A stretch of 64,000 bases of DNA from the human T2T-CHM13v2.0 reference genome, Homo sapiens, in the NCBI GenBank assembly GCA_009914755.4, contig CP068257.2, positions 14,496,001 through 14,560,000 on the forward strand, written 5' to 3'. The notes under the pieces were generated by a model that saw nothing but the letters and a program-made list of their open reading frames with translations, was not told the origin of the DNA and searched no databases. Below, in pieces: positions 1 to 20,826 of this stretch. How positions within the stretch are numbered: the first letter of the stretch is position 1; each line of letters starts with the position of its first letter. Position numbers and translations under genes: made by a program.

Positions 1-677
1 AAATATACTCAGAATAGAGGAAATTTTCTACTTTCATCTATCTCTCTTGATGGACTAAGGTGAGAATATACATCCTCAACTTCTCCCCATAGGTCCCTAA
101 TAGATACCCAAACTTGCAGTATACAAAATCAAACTCCTTATTTTCACCCTCTAATCCATTCCCCCTGCAATCTTCTTCTTCCTTGCAGTTCTTCAGTTCA
201 AAATTTTTAGGTCATCCTTGACCGTTTGCTCTTTGACATTCCACATGGAATTCAACAGAAACTTTCTCTGGGACTGTCTTCAGCATATACCCAGCTCTGG
301 CTACTTTGCACAACCATTGACACCACCACTGAGTGATGGGGAAGAAACAAAATATTTCCACAAGTAACCTTTTTACTCAGTAACTCAGGATGTTTTTCAA
401 TTTGAGAGACGATGAAGTATAAGGCTAAAATTTAAACCATATCAAGATCATTTATTATTAAGATTATTCTATATATAGTATGTTTATTGTCCTTTTGAGT
501 AAGTTTTGTTTTGTATTTTCCAATTGGGTTGTGTTGTCTCATGAAATGGCTATTTACTTTGCTGTGTCATGTATTTAGGCCATTTTACTCAACATTGAAA
601 ATAATTTTCTTAGTGTCTTTGGCATTTTTGGAGCATAAGTCTTTCTTCAAGATGAAATTTTCTTTTCCCCTCCAATA

Positions 678-796
678 TAGGCATTTCTTGTTTTATTACA
701 CTTTGCTCTATTGCTTAGCAGATATTGTGGATTATTTTTTTCAAATTGAAAGTTTGTGGTGACCTTCTGTCAAGCAAGTGTAGTGTCATTACTTGT
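678..796 (+). mobile_element. Tigger1 (TcMar-Tigger/pogo DNA transposon) 5' terminal ~120 bp; same element continues at ~6166 after a nested L1 insertion
   Basis: TA|TAGGCATTTCTTGTTTTATTACACTTTGCTCTATTGCTTAGCAGATATTGTGG...CAAATTGAAAGTTTGTGGTGACC...GTCAAGCAAGT matches the Tigger1 5' TIR/subterminal consensus (CAGGCATACCTCGTTTTATTGCGCTTCGCTTTATTGCG...ACAAATTGAAGGTTTGTGGCAACCCTGCGTCGAGCAAGTC). It is preceded by a TA dinucleotide. It breaks off at a poly-T/L1 3' end at ~797. Tigger1 consensus resumes in register at ~6166. Confidence 0.7.
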
Positions 797-4755
<3,959 letters not shown>

Positions 4756-6165
4756 CCAGTGGTCAGCTCCCAACCACTGGACTGTATGCTATCTTTGGGG
4801 GACTTGTATTGGGCCCTGACTTTGTTCTCCGGCTCCTTGAGGTTAGGAATCCACTGCGCGGGAGGGGCTGAGGGGTCCCAAGATCAGTGGTCACTACACT
4901 TCAATGAGTGGTGTCAGCCAAAGCATTTCAAAGTGTGGGGACAGCGGGATTCATCCTCCTTTGCGAATGCCCACAGCAGCAGTAGCAACAGCTGTGGCAG
5001 AGTACTAGCGGGTATTGTGGTGCCTGCCTCCCTGTGGATGTTTACCACGGTGGCAAAGGCAGTGCAGCTGGGGAGGGGGTGGGGCCCCTGCTGGTGACTG
5101 TGTGCAGGGTCCTGCTGGAGGTGGTATTGGCTCGGGGACAGGGTGCCTGCAGGCACAGGTCTAGGTGCCTTTTCTGTGCCCCGCAAGCAGGAGCGATCCC
5201 TCAGGGCAGGGGAGAATTCTGCTGTTCTTTGTTCAGTGTTAGTGCAAGGTCAGGGAGCTGGCAGGGGCAGGGATGGCTGGCTCTGTGCCTGCAAATGTTC
5301 CATCTGCAATGGTGGTCCGTCGGGGGAGGTGGGGTGGTCTGTACTCCCATGTGCTGGCAGGGCAAGGAAAGCAAAATCTGCTCTCACAGATGTGAGCCAG
5401 CAAAGTAATGTGAGGAGTTGCCTTGGGCCTGGGAGAATCTACAGTATGTGGGTGGGAGAGTTTGTGGGCTGGTGTGTGTCTGTAGGGGCCACCCCATTGG
5501 AACTCTCCACCAGTCAGACATGGCCCACCAGCACAGAAGCTATGCTGTGAGTCCCCAGGGCAATCGAGACTGCTCTGCCAGGAGGCATGGCCAGGCTGGG
5601 GCCCTGAAAGAGGGCAGCAAGCCAAGGGGTGCTCAAGTCGTACTTGTTATGTCTGATGTTCAAGGCTGCCTTGCAGAGTTCAGGTCTGACAGTTCCTCTA
5701 GGGCTAAAGTCTCCTAAAGGAGCAAGTCAAGTCTAGGGGGTGACTGTCCTTGGCTGTGCTATGTTATAGATGCTCTCGCATCAAACTCTCTGGGTTCCAC
5801 ATCAGCTGTCTTGTTGCCCCTACCACTTCTCTAAGCAGCTCTCCCTGCCAACTCAAATGCCCTTGATGGTCGAGGGATTTCCTCCTGCTGGAGTCCCAGA
5901 GCCCTGCGGTGAGGGTGGGTTGCTCCTTGCCAGTTCAACTCATCCATTTCCCTGGAGCCATTGTGAGCCAAGAATGAGTCCTGCTGCATGGGAGCTCCGT
6001 GCCAAGGTTCCCAGTTTTCTTCCCCTTCAGCTTAGCTTCTGTGTCTTCCCTCCACTCTTGGTGCCTTCGCTCTGCAGATCTGTTAGGAACAGATCTGTCT
6101 CCGTCCCTAGGTGGGAGCTGTTTCACCTGGCTGCGTCTAGTCAGCCATCCTACCCTCCCTCCTTT
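4756..6165 (+). mobile_element. GC-rich ~1.4-kb segment, tentatively L1 5'UTR-derived sequence (older L1PA/L1PB type) in the orientation opposite to the adjacent L1 body
   Basis: G+C is far above the window average. Short stretches resemble sense-strand L1 5'UTR: GGTGCCTGCCTCCCTGTGGATG vs GGAGGCCTGCCTGCCTCTGTAGG, and GCTCTGCAGATCTGTTAGGAACAGATCTGTCTCC…GGTGGG vs GCAGCTGGAGATCTGAGAACGGGCAGACTGCCTCC…GTGGG. ORF1-like or ORF2 N-terminal peptides appear in neither strand. The many overlapping 60-175 aa ORFs on both strands are what GC-rich non-coding DNA produces by chance. Confidence 0.35.
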
Positions 6166-8597
6166 CTTGGCATTATTTTTCTAACAACATGTGCTTACTT
6201 TGTGTCTCTGTGCCACATTGTGGTGATTTCCTCAATATTTCAAACCTTTTTATTGTTATTATATCTGCTATGGTGGTCTTTGATAAGTGATCTTTGATAT
6301 TACTATTGGAATTGTTTTGGGGCACCATGAACCTCCTGCATGTAAGAGGGCAAACTTAATTGATAAATGTTCTGATTGCTTCATAGCCTAGTCGTTCCCT
6401 TATCTCTTTCCCTTTCTTTGCTCTTCTCTATTCCCTGAGACACAACAATATTGAAATTAGGGCAATTGATAACCCTATAATCACTTCCAGGTGTTTGAGT
6501 GAAAGGAAGAGTCACACATCTCTCACTTAAAGAGCTAGATTAAGCTAGATTAATCTTAACAAGGAAGGCATGTCAAAAGCCATGACAGACTGAAAGCTAG
6601 GTCTCTTGCACCAAACAGTGTGCCAAGTTGTGAGTGCAAAGGAAAAGTTCTTAAAGGAAGTTAAAAGTGATACTCCAGTGACCCCAGTAATGATAAAGTG
6701 AAACAGATTTATTGCTGATATGGAAGAACTTTAGTAGTCTGGATAGATCAAAGCAGGCACAACATTCCCTTAAACCAAAGTCTAATCCAGAGCAAGGCCC
6801 CAACTCTTCAACTTTTTGAAGAACGAGAGAAATGAGAAATCTTCAGAAAAAAAGTTGAAAGCTGGCAGAGAGTGATTCCTGAGGTTTAAGGAAAGAAACC
6901 ACCTTTATAAGATAAAAGTGCAAGGTGAAGCAGCAAGTGCTAATAGAGAAGCTGCAGTAACTTATCCAAAAGATCTAGCTAAGAGCATTGACGAAGGTGG
7001 CTACATTAAACAACAGATTTTGAATGTAGATGAAACAGTCTTCTATTGGAAGAAGATGACATCTAGGATGTTTATATCTAGAGAGGAGAAGTCAATACCC
7101 AGCTTCAAAGTTTCAAAGGACAGGCTGACCCTCTTGGTAAGGACTAATGCAGTTGGTAACTTTAAGTTGAAGCCAATGCTCATTGACCATTCTGAAAAGT
7201 CTTAGTGACATTAAGAATTATGTTAAATCCACTCTGCCTGTGCTCTATAAATGAAACAACAAAACCTGGATGACAGCGCATCTGTTTACAGCATGGTTTA
7301 CTGAATGTTAAGCCCACTGTTGAGACCCACTGCTCATGCACAGAGAAAAGATTCCATTTAAAATATTTCTACTCATTGACAATACACCTGGTCACCCAAG
7401 AGCTCTGATGGAGATGTATGAGGAAATTAATGGTATTTTCATGGCTGCTAACACAACATCCGTTCTGTAGCCCATGGATCAAAGAGTAATTTCAACTTTC
7501 AAATTTTGTTACATAAGAAATATATTTTACAATGCTATAGTTGGCATATATCATGATTCCTCTGATGAATCTGGGCAAAGTAAATTGAAAACCTTCTGGA
7601 AAGGATTCACTCTTCTAGATGTCACTAAAAACATTCATAATTCATGGTAGGAAGTCAAAATATCAACATAGCAGGAGTTTGGGAGAAGTTGATTCCAATC
7701 CTCATGGATGACTTGAAGGGGTTCAAAACTTTGGTGGAGGAAATAACTGCAGATATGGTAGAAATAGCAAGAAAACTGGAATTAGAAGTGGAACATGAAG
7801 CTGTGGCAGAATTGCACAATTTCATGATAAATTTGAATGAATAAGGTGTTGCTTCTTGTGGATGCAAAGAAAGTCATTTTTGAGATGAAATCTACTCCTG
7901 GTAAAGATGCTGTTAACATTACTGAAATGACATCAAAAGATTTAAAATATGACATAAACTTAGTTGATAAAGCAGCAGCAGAGTTTAAGAGGATTGATTC
8001 TCATTTTGGAAGAAGTTTTACTGTGGGTATAATGTTATCAAACAACATTGAATGTTACAGAGAAATCTGTCATGAAGAGAAGAGTCAATCTAAGTGGCAA
8101 ACTTCACGGTCTTATTTTAGGAATTTGCCACAGACACCTCAACCTTTGGCAACCACCAGCCTGTTCAGTGAGCAGCCATCGACGTTGAGGCCCCCTGAGG
8201 AGGTCCCAGGCTGTGGCAGGGGTTCAGGCTGGTGGAAAAGTGGGAGAGAAGAGTCAGGGGACAATTGGGAAGTGTGATGATATGGGGAAAGAGGGATGGA
8301 GTGGAAGCCAGAACCCATTGCTTCCAGTATCAATCTTTTTCACTAGCAAAAAGGTTATAACTTGTTAAAGCCTCATGTGATTGTTAGAATATGTTAGCAA
8401 TAAAATATTTTTAATTAAGGCATGAGCATTTTTTTAAGATATAATGCTATTGCACACTTAATAGACTACAGCATACTGTAAACATAACTTTTTTGTGCAC
8501 TGGGAAACCAAAACATTCATGGAACTTGCTTTATTGTGATATTTGCTTTATTGCAATCGTCTGATACCAAATTGACAATATCTCTGAGGTATGCCTG
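6166..8597 (+). mobile_element. Tigger1 DNA transposon, remainder of the element begun at 678-796 (consensus ~115 to the 3' TIR)
   Basis: CATTATTTTTCTAACAACATGTGCTTACTTTGTGTCTCTGTGCCACATTGTGGTGATTTCCTCAATATTTCAAACC…GGGGCACCATGAACC…GGCAAACTTAATTGATAAATG matches the Tigger1 5' region. The 3' end …ATGCTATTGCACACTTAATAGACTACAGCATACTGTAAACATAAC…CAATATCTCTGAGGTATGCCTG|TA matches the Tigger1 3' TIR and is followed by TA. Confidence 0.88.
6470..8290 (+). pseudogene. Decayed Tigger1 transposase ORF (pogo/CENP-B-like: DNA-binding and DDE domains); ATG lost, multiple stops and frameshifts
   Basis: Track ORFs 6918-7205 (…[46 protein letters not shown]…[13 protein letters not shown]), 7644-7844 (…[39 protein letters not shown]…) and 7837-8277 (…TPGKDAVNITEMTSKDL…LPQTPQPLATTSLFSEQPSTLRPP) are collinear with Tigger1 transposase (…[46 protein letters not shown]…). 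The segments sit in different frames with stops between them. Confidence 0.85.
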
Positions 8598-9115
8598 TAT
8601 TTTATCTTTATTTGTGATAAGTTCTTACACATTTGATAAAACAAGTTATTTATATTGAAATGCATTTGATCGTATCTCTTATTTAAGAAGAAAATTTGGA
8701 ATTTTCCGTGAAAAAGCCTGCTGAAGTAATCACCCTCTGCAATTTATAAATATTAGAAACATTGGTCAAGTTTTAGAATATTTTATTGCCTATTAAATGT
8801 TATGTGACTGTGTTAAATTATTATATATTATTTGCATAGTGTGAAAGCTTACTTTTGCTTCACGAATTATTTTAAATGGAAAAAATTCTCAGTTATACTT
8901 GGAAGAGAAAAATCACATGTCCATTTTGGAGTGCATTTTAAATTGTGCTACAAAGAATGACAAAACACTGCAGTAAATGTGACGTTTGAAATTTTATAAG
9001 GAGTATGATATAAATACCACTTTTTAATAGTATTTATAAAAGTGGAGCCATGATACATTCTGGCTATAACAACCATAACAATATTCCATATTTTTAATAA
9101 TATGAATGTTTTTAA

Positions 9116-9615
<500 letters not shown>

Positions 9616-9875
9616 GAAATGCTTCTTATTTGTTAGTGTGGCAGCGATGATAACAGCACCCCCAGACACCCTGGTAAATCGCTTCTCTCGAGCGCTTTGT
9701 TGTGGTCTTCGTTGAGTTCTGAGTGAGGTGTGAAATCTGAGAAGACAGAATTTGTTTTCATTCTTCAGTAAGTAAGTTAGCATGTGGTTGTGCCTAGCAG
9801 AGTATCTGGCACTTAGCGGGCCAGTTAAATAAACCTGGATTTAAAACCAGACTTCACAAAATTTGCTGGGAATCT

Positions 9876-12817
<2,942 letters not shown>

Positions 12818-14337
12818 TCAGTTTTCTTGTGCATAAAATGGGAATAATAACTGCCTTCTGGAATTGTAGCGGGAAATAAATACAATTGTAGCTCTCGGGT
12901 GCTAAGCACAGGGCTGGGACCTAGTAAATGCTCAGTAACTGCTCATTACTCTTTTTTCTTATTTTGCTTCCTTTTTTTTTTCTTCACTGTTGTCTTTTTA
13001 TTTTCTATTTTAAGGATATTGGCTTAGTAAAAGAAACTAAAATACATCTGCATATAAATTAAATAAATGCCTCATTTTTAAACATTCTGTGAGTGTCTAT
13101 GTATAGCTGGTACCTTAATTGTAGTTGTTCAATAAATGATTTATCTTACTTTGGGAACTTTCTTAAAAAGCTTAAATCCCTCAATGTTAATAATAGTGAA
13201 AATCTTATGTTTGAAAAAATGCTTTTGAAAAACATATATTGGGTTACCCTTTTAAAGAAATATACTTAATATTGATATGAGTAATTTTTTAAAAGTAATC
13301 AAAGCTTTAGAGAGTAAGAGAAGAAATAAAAAAAAACAAAAACATTATGACAGTGTTTATATCCCTACTTATTAAATTCAACATGGAAAACAAGGAAGTA
13401 GAAAGTACTTTGTAAAATACCTAAAATGCCTGAATATAAGAAGTATTTGGATATTATAGATAACATTTTCTATACTACAATGTCACCTCAAATAGTGTAC
13501 ACACACAGTTATGAGGATATGATAGTCACTTAGAGGATTCATGCTGGGATTGAATAGTAGGACCACACATTTTAGGAAATTTTAAGCAGAAATGCTTTAG
13601 AAGAAATAGTCTTTATTTATTTATTTTTTTAAAAGAGCTTTTAAATTACTGAGTTCAAATACAGAAGAAGGCCTAAGTTTGAATTCATGGCGTATTGCTA
13701 TAATGCACTATTAGACTAATCCTTCATTTTCTTGTCAATTAAAGACTTACCTTTATTCACTGATTCACTTATCAGTAATTCGCTCGGTATTTTAAAGCTG
13801 GCTGTTAAAAATCCCTTTGTTTATGGCAATAAGGCACCATTCATTTTGTGAACTTTATAAAACCAACCTCTGCCAATTTTGCTCTTTGAGAATAGCTCTA
13901 AAGATGTGTTCCCACAGTAATTACTGATTCCAGAGATGTTCATTAAAGAATGAAGTCAGAGGCAAGTGTTTGAAACAATTGTATCCCACCAAAGCCAGCT
14001 TTACTGCGCACCTTCCCAGAATCTACAGTTTCTCCACGTTTAAGAAAATCACTGAACAACTTCATACAAAATTTGTACTTTTGAGTGCTTTTACCTGCAG
14101 TAGCATTAAAGATGAGTATTATTTTTTACATATTTGTATTGAAATCAGATGCAGGGAAAGATGGAGGGAAAGCTAGGATGCTTTGAATGTGGGCCCAGTT
14201 GTCCGTCATATAGCTTCTGTGAATAGTATGGGTCAATCTTGTGTTCCTGCTCTATGTTGCCCACTTACCCAGAGTGACCAGGGTGAGAAAAGAAAAGGAG
14301 GGGAGAAACTTCAGTGAAGCCAGCCAAATCTTAGCAG

Positions 14338-14385
14338 AGAAAAATAAATAAATAAATAATAAATAAATAAATAAATAAATAAAAT
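14338..14385. repeat. (AAAT)n microsatellite
   Basis: AAAATAAATAAATAAATAATAAATAAATAAATAAATAAATAAAATGG. Confidence 0.9.
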
Positions 14386-15189
14386 GGTTGTGGAGTTGAA
14401 TATTTCTTTTAAAATGGATTTGTTATTGCAGAAGAGTAGGAAGAAAAGTTTAATTCTTTTATTAGCTTATTATCAGAACCTGAAATGCTGGAGTGTGTTT
14501 TAGGTACTGCATAGCTATCCTGCAGTTACAGCCCAACCTCCCACTGAGCCATAATGGGCAAAGGAAGAGAGAAAATTCACAGTGAGAGAGCAGGGAGAGA
14601 GAGATTTTGCTATCAGCCTGTCAGTGACAGATCTGAATGATAAACGCCTTACAGAAATGAAGTTACATTTATTTTTATTGCATGAAAATATATAACAGAC
14701 AAAGGAAGGAAGTCAGAAAACGGGATTAGGTATATTTTCTAAATCTTTAGGTGTTAAACAGACTAGAGACCAGTCACTTGTAAATGAACACATTCCTTGT
14801 TTGGATGCAAACAACCCAGCCAAATTAGTTTCCTAAGTGCTTGGAAACAGCTTTCTGTTTTTGGCTTCCAGACCTGAGTTCTTTCATTCATACTATTTTT
14901 TTTTTCTTTTTGTTCAATCCTTATTAATCACCAATATTTCAAATACTTTGTAAATATAGATTGGTTTCATTAGAGTTAATGTATTTGGGGGCCAACAGGT
15001 TGAATGAATGATTTTATTTTAAAATTCCAAGATCCTGCCTGATACCTGGAGTATAATACTGAGCATCCTGAGGAGAAATGTTGCAATAGCAGGCTTTTGT
15101 GAACCATATCCCAAGAACTGCAGATCCTTGCACTGTGGTGACTGGGAACATTTACTCAGGATTCAGCCTGCTAGCATTTGAACACTGAG

Positions 15190-15675
<486 letters not shown>

Positions 15676-15880
15676 ATGACTGGAGCACCTTTTTAAAAAA
15701 GTTATGCTTATTCCTAAATAAAAAATAATTCACATACCTATTACCAAAAATTCAGAAAAATAGAACTATAGATATAAACCGTATTTAGAAAATAAGAATC
15801 CAGTGTTATCTTACTACCTGACTGTATCTATCCACTATCAGTACAGCTATCAGATGCCTTTATTAACATGATCCCATTCA

Positions 15881-16215
15881 GGCTGGGTGTGGTGGCTCAC
15901 ACCTGTAATGCCTCTCTTTGGGGTGCTGAGGCAGAGCAGATTGCTTGAGCTCAGGAGTTCAACAACAGCCTGGCCAACATAGAGAAACCTCATCTCTACA
16001 AAAAAATACAAAAATGAGCCAGGCGTGGTGGCATGTGCCTGTAGTCCCAGCTACTTGCGGGCAAGAGGATCGCTTGAACCCGGGAGGTGGAGGTTGCAGT
16101 GAGCCGAGATCACACCACTGCACCACTGCACTCCAGCATGGATGACAGAGCAAGACCCTGTCTCAAAAAAATAAATAAATACATAAATAAAATGAAATAA
16201 AGAAAAAAGAAAGAA
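15881..16215 (+). mobile_element. Alu SINE (older, AluJ/Sx-like) with A-rich (AAAT/GAAA) tail
   Basis: GGCTGGGTGTGGTGGCTCACACCTGTAATGCC…GAGCTCAGGAGTTCAACAACAGCCTGGCCAACATAGAGAAACCTCATCTCTACAAAAAAATACAAAAATGAGCCAGGCGTGGTGGCATGTGCCTGTAGTCCCAGCTACTTG…CACTCCAGCATGGATGACAGAGCAAGACCCTGTCTCAAAAAAATAAATAAATAC…. Confidence 0.93.
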
Positions 16216-17070
16216 AATTCCTATTAAAAAACACTTACTGTGTTTATTACAAGTTAATTATTTACTGCCAGTTCATAGCCATCTTTCCATCAATAAATAT
16301 AGATGTACCAACTGATTGATGTTAGTGTCTTCATCATGCTCCATGCTCCATAGTGGTCCATAATTTAAGTAGTCACCCCTGGCATCTTAAATATTTTTTG
16401 TAAATATAGATAATAAAAATGCCTTCAGTCAGCACATTCTTGTTTGCTGTCCCTGGAGTGTTTGGATGACCATTAAAAATGGCAGAAGGCTGACTTGGTT
16501 TTTAGGCCTGAATTACAGCCCTGCCATCTACAAGCTGTGTGACTGTGAGCAAGTTACATAACCTTACTGTATCACAAGTATTTTTTTTCTCATTTATAAA
16601 ATGATGATAATAAGAGTATCTAGCTGACATGATTGCTGAGCAGAGAAAGATGTTAAGACACATAAAGCTTTGGAGACTGGTTTCTGGTCTATGATTTTTA
16701 CTCAGGAAGTATTAGCTTGAGGCTATGTAAAATCTTGGCATTTCTCCCAAATCATCAAAGGTAAATTATGTTATTCCTTTGAATTAGCTAAATTGTATTG
16801 CTATAAAAATTTACTTGCAATCTTAACATTTCACTGCAATATGTATGCATACTTTGGGATGTTTACATGTGAAAATGCACATTATCCTACACACTTCAAT
16901 TCTCAAACCATGTTGGTTAGAGAAGAGATTAATAGTTATTTCTAGACACACTATACACAGAACAATTTGGAGAAAAATCACCATTGGACAGTAGCAACTA
17001 GTTTAATATTTGGCGTCTTTTATTTTCTCTTTTAACATTTCCAAGGAATAGGGGACGCTCTTGTCAATGA

Positions 17071-17368
<298 letters not shown>

Positions 17369-18254
17369 AGTGACTAAGGTTTATTACACCACCTGGATAG
17401 ATGCAGGGCTAGGGGCATGAAGACAGGAAGGTACTCCCACTTTTCAAGGACAGAATGTGGGGCGGGTGGTAAAATCTGAAGAGATCCTGAAAAATTGTCC
17501 TCCTTTAGGTGTTGTGATGTATTGCTTCTGCAATGGCCATCCAATCTTAAATACCTAAGTCTAGATATGGCATCCTTATTATGTAATTCTGGAACAAAAG
17601 TTACCCTAATAAAGAGCTTCAAACCCGCTAGGACCCACTCAAAATAGGGTAATAATACTCCAAGACATTCAGAAATTTCCTCTGTTCCCAGTGGGCTAGT
17701 CAGGACAGGGCAGTGAGAGCCCTCAGGCTAGCTCCCCTGGCCTCAGCAACTCCATTCACTTCCCCCAAAAGGGTCCTAAATAAATTTAAATTTCTCTATG
17801 TACCTCGACATGAAATAGTTGGAAAGCACACTCTTAAATGCCACTTTACTGACTGTACTGGCTAAAACAATGAGCTGTGTACGTATGAAAAAGAATGTTC
17901 ATGTGTTTTCTTTGTCAATTACATTAATTTATACCCTTGCTAGTGTTTCTGAAAGAGACTAATAGTTCCCTCAAATACATTTAATGACCCAGTTTGAGAA
18001 ATACTGTTCTAGAAATTAACACTAGTAATAATTTTGTGCTCATATGATTACACATACAAATATAAATTCTTGCAACTTAAACTCCATAGAAAAACTTGGA
18101 TGTAACCTGGCTATGTGGATGAAAAACTGCTAATGTTAATATGTCTTTTAGCAGATGATCAAAATAAAAACAATACAATCTAATAATTCCCATAAACATC
18201 TGAAATCCTCTAAAAACATGTCTATGTAGACCATAAGGTAATATTATTCTAAAG

Positions 18255-18440
18255 CAATGATTCCCAGAATGTGCTCCCAGGGCAGTAGATCTGTATCATC
18301 TAGAAACTTATGGAAAGCTAATTCTTGTGACCCACTCCAGATTTACTGAAACAGAAGATGTGGAGGATGGGACCCAGTCAACTGTAGTTTAAGAAGCTCT
18401 TCAGGTGATTCTGATGTGCTCCAGTTTGCAAACCACATAA
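18255..18440. mobile_element. hAT-Charlie-type non-autonomous DNA transposon (MER5-like palindromic MITE)
   Basis: …CCAGATTTACTGAAACAGAAGATGTGGAGGATGGGACCCAGTCAACTGTAGTTTAAGAAGCTCTTCAGGTGATTCTGATGTGCTCCAGTTTGCAAACCAC matches the MER5-type consensus …CCAGACCTACTGAATCAGAAACTCTGGGGGTGGGGCCCAGCAATCTGTGTTTTAACAAGCCCTCCAGGTGATTCTGATGCACGCTAAAGTTTGAGAACCAC. Confidence 0.6.
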
Positions 18441-19762
18441 TGAGGCTGAGTCCTTTTCAGTCATTCCACACCAAATGAGCACTGTCGTATGTTTACCTTA
18501 GGAAACATACCCTCAATTGAGTGGGGCTGCTGATATTTCAATTCCTTTTAAAGAGTTTGTCTCAGAGCCAATCTGTAACAAAAGAGAAATTCAGTTTCAT
18601 TATTTTATAGTCAAATCTCATTAAGTAGTTGCTGAGATGTTTGTATGAAACTCAGATTTGACTTTGCCCTGCACTGTGAACAAAGACGATGAAACATTTT
18701 CACATTTGGAATGATTAGTCATCAGGAGATGCAGTCACAAAATTTTATTGAAAGCCTAATATTTATTCAAAAGCCTTTGATAGACTGCTTTTGGAACTTC
18801 TGCGACATTCTCCACCATAATATTGTTTAGCCTCTAACTCTCCCTAAATTGCCTTTGGTCAGAAAAGTTAACGTGGTTACTGCTTTGTTTATTTGACTTT
18901 CCTACCTCCTGATTCAGAGTAGAGTTAGCTTTGGAAGGAGACTAAGAGTCAAGCGCTTGCCTGAGTAAAACCTATTTTTGGCCAAGAGAACTCAAAACCA
19001 AAACCTTATATATATCCACCTTATTGCCCAGCTAACTTGGCTACTAATTTCTCTGCTACTATGAAATTCTCTTTCAAATTCCTAATTCATAGTCAAGTCT
19101 CATCTTGTTCCAGAGCAATTATGGTGGTTGGGAAGCCCAAGATGAGAAGGGTAACACAGGAACAAGGAAGCTGAATCCTAACAGTCAATCCTGCTTGTTC
19201 CTACTATCTCATACCTTACCAGCATTCCATCCTGAGGACTTAACTACCAACTTCAAGCTAGCCCATGTCTCATCTTGTGGTTCATCATGTCTCGTCATTT
19301 TGTGGCAAACTGTCCAGGATGACCCCCATTTTTTGCAAAAAAAGAAGACACAGAGGGGGAATAATCTTGGTTTTTCTCCAAACCCTAGATGTAGCTCATA
19401 TCTGTGTTTCCTGAAGTTTTCTCTCTAGTACTCTTGCAGCCTGAGGCTTTTTCCAGAATCCAAGGGAGTGGGAAGAAAAAATGAGGGAAAGTCATGGTCC
19501 CTGAAGAAAGAGGGACGCTCAGTAAAGTCCAGCAGACAGAGCACCAGCCAGGGATGTGGTGGGCGGAGCCAAGGACATTAAGCTAAAAGAATATGAAACT
19601 TAAATCTATTGCCATGTCCCAGGGAAAAGTGGTGATGAAATTTCAATGAACAAAGCTTACTGTTATTTATCACTTTGTATGTACCTTTACTTTTTTACAC
19701 AAATGAGATCATATCACATATTTCTTTTGAAACTGCTTTTTTTTATTTAAAAATTTATGACA

Positions 19763-20286
<524 letters not shown>

Positions 20287-20559
20287 AGTATATCTTTTTC
20301 TAAGCCTTCACAGTATAGGTTGAGCATTCGTTATCCAAAATACTAGGGACCAGCAGTGTTTTGGATTTTCGATTTTGGAATATTTGCCTATGCACAATGA
20401 GCTATCTTCCAGATGGAACCCAAGTATAAGCACAAATTTCATTTATGTTTCATATGCACCTTATATACATAGCCTAAGGTTAATTTTATCCAATATTTTA
20501 AATAATTTTGTTCATTAAACAAAGTTTGTGTCAAGTACTTACATGCGGAATTTTCTTTT

Positions 20560-20826
20560 TTTTTTTCAGATCTTTCTTTTTTTTAATTTTATTATTATTT
20601 TACTTCAAGTTTTAGGGTACATGTGCACAATATGCAGGTTTGTTACATATGTATACATGTGCCATGTCAGTGTGTTGCACCCATTAACTCGTCATTTAGC
20701 ATTAGGTATATCTCCTAATGCTGTCCCTCCCCCCTCCCTCCACCCCACGACAGGCCCCGGTGTGTGATGTTCCCCTTCCTGTGTCCATGTGTTCTCATTG
20801 TTCAATTCCCACCCATGAGTGAGAAT
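20560..20826 (-). mobile_element. L1PA 3'UTR fragment (~230 bp, heavily 5'-truncated) with T-rich tail
   Basis: …TTTTACTTCAAGTTTTAGGGTACATGTGCACAATATGCAGGTTTGTTACATATGTATACATGTGCCATGTCAGTGTGTTGCACCCATTAACTCGTCATTTAGCATTAGGTATATCTCCTAATGCTGTCCCTCCCCCCTCCC…GTTCTCATTGTTCAATTCCCACCCATGAGTGAGAATGG then non-L1 sequence. Confidence 0.9.

Noticed and set aside
6030-6165. Initially aligned this segment to the first ~115 bp of the Tigger1 consensus, which would give the 6166-8597 copy its own 5' TIR
   Set aside because: The match was poor (≈60%). The genuine, well-matching Tigger1 5' terminus with a TA flank is at 678-796. The segment fits L1 5'UTR-like sequence at least as well. I therefore treat 6166 as the resumption point of a single split Tigger1. 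This remains a judgement call that needs alignment software.
4759-6297. Dense cluster of overlapping ORFs (60-175 aa) on both strands
   Set aside because: It is confined to a GC-rich block where stop codons (TAA/TAG/TGA) are rare by composition. The peptides are low-complexity (Gly/Pro/Ala/Arg/Trp-rich) with no recognisable domains. ORFs on both strands overlap each other, which real genes rarely do.
6918-8277. Tigger transposase ORF fragments as a possible domesticated pogo-derived gene (TIGD/CENPB/JRK-like)
   Set aside because: The reading frame is broken into at least three pieces with stops, and the initiator ATG is mutated (AATCACTTCC where consensus has ATGGCCTC). The element retains both TIRs and TA flanks like an ordinary decayed Tigger1 copy. 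Domesticated genes have lost their TIRs and keep an intact ORF.
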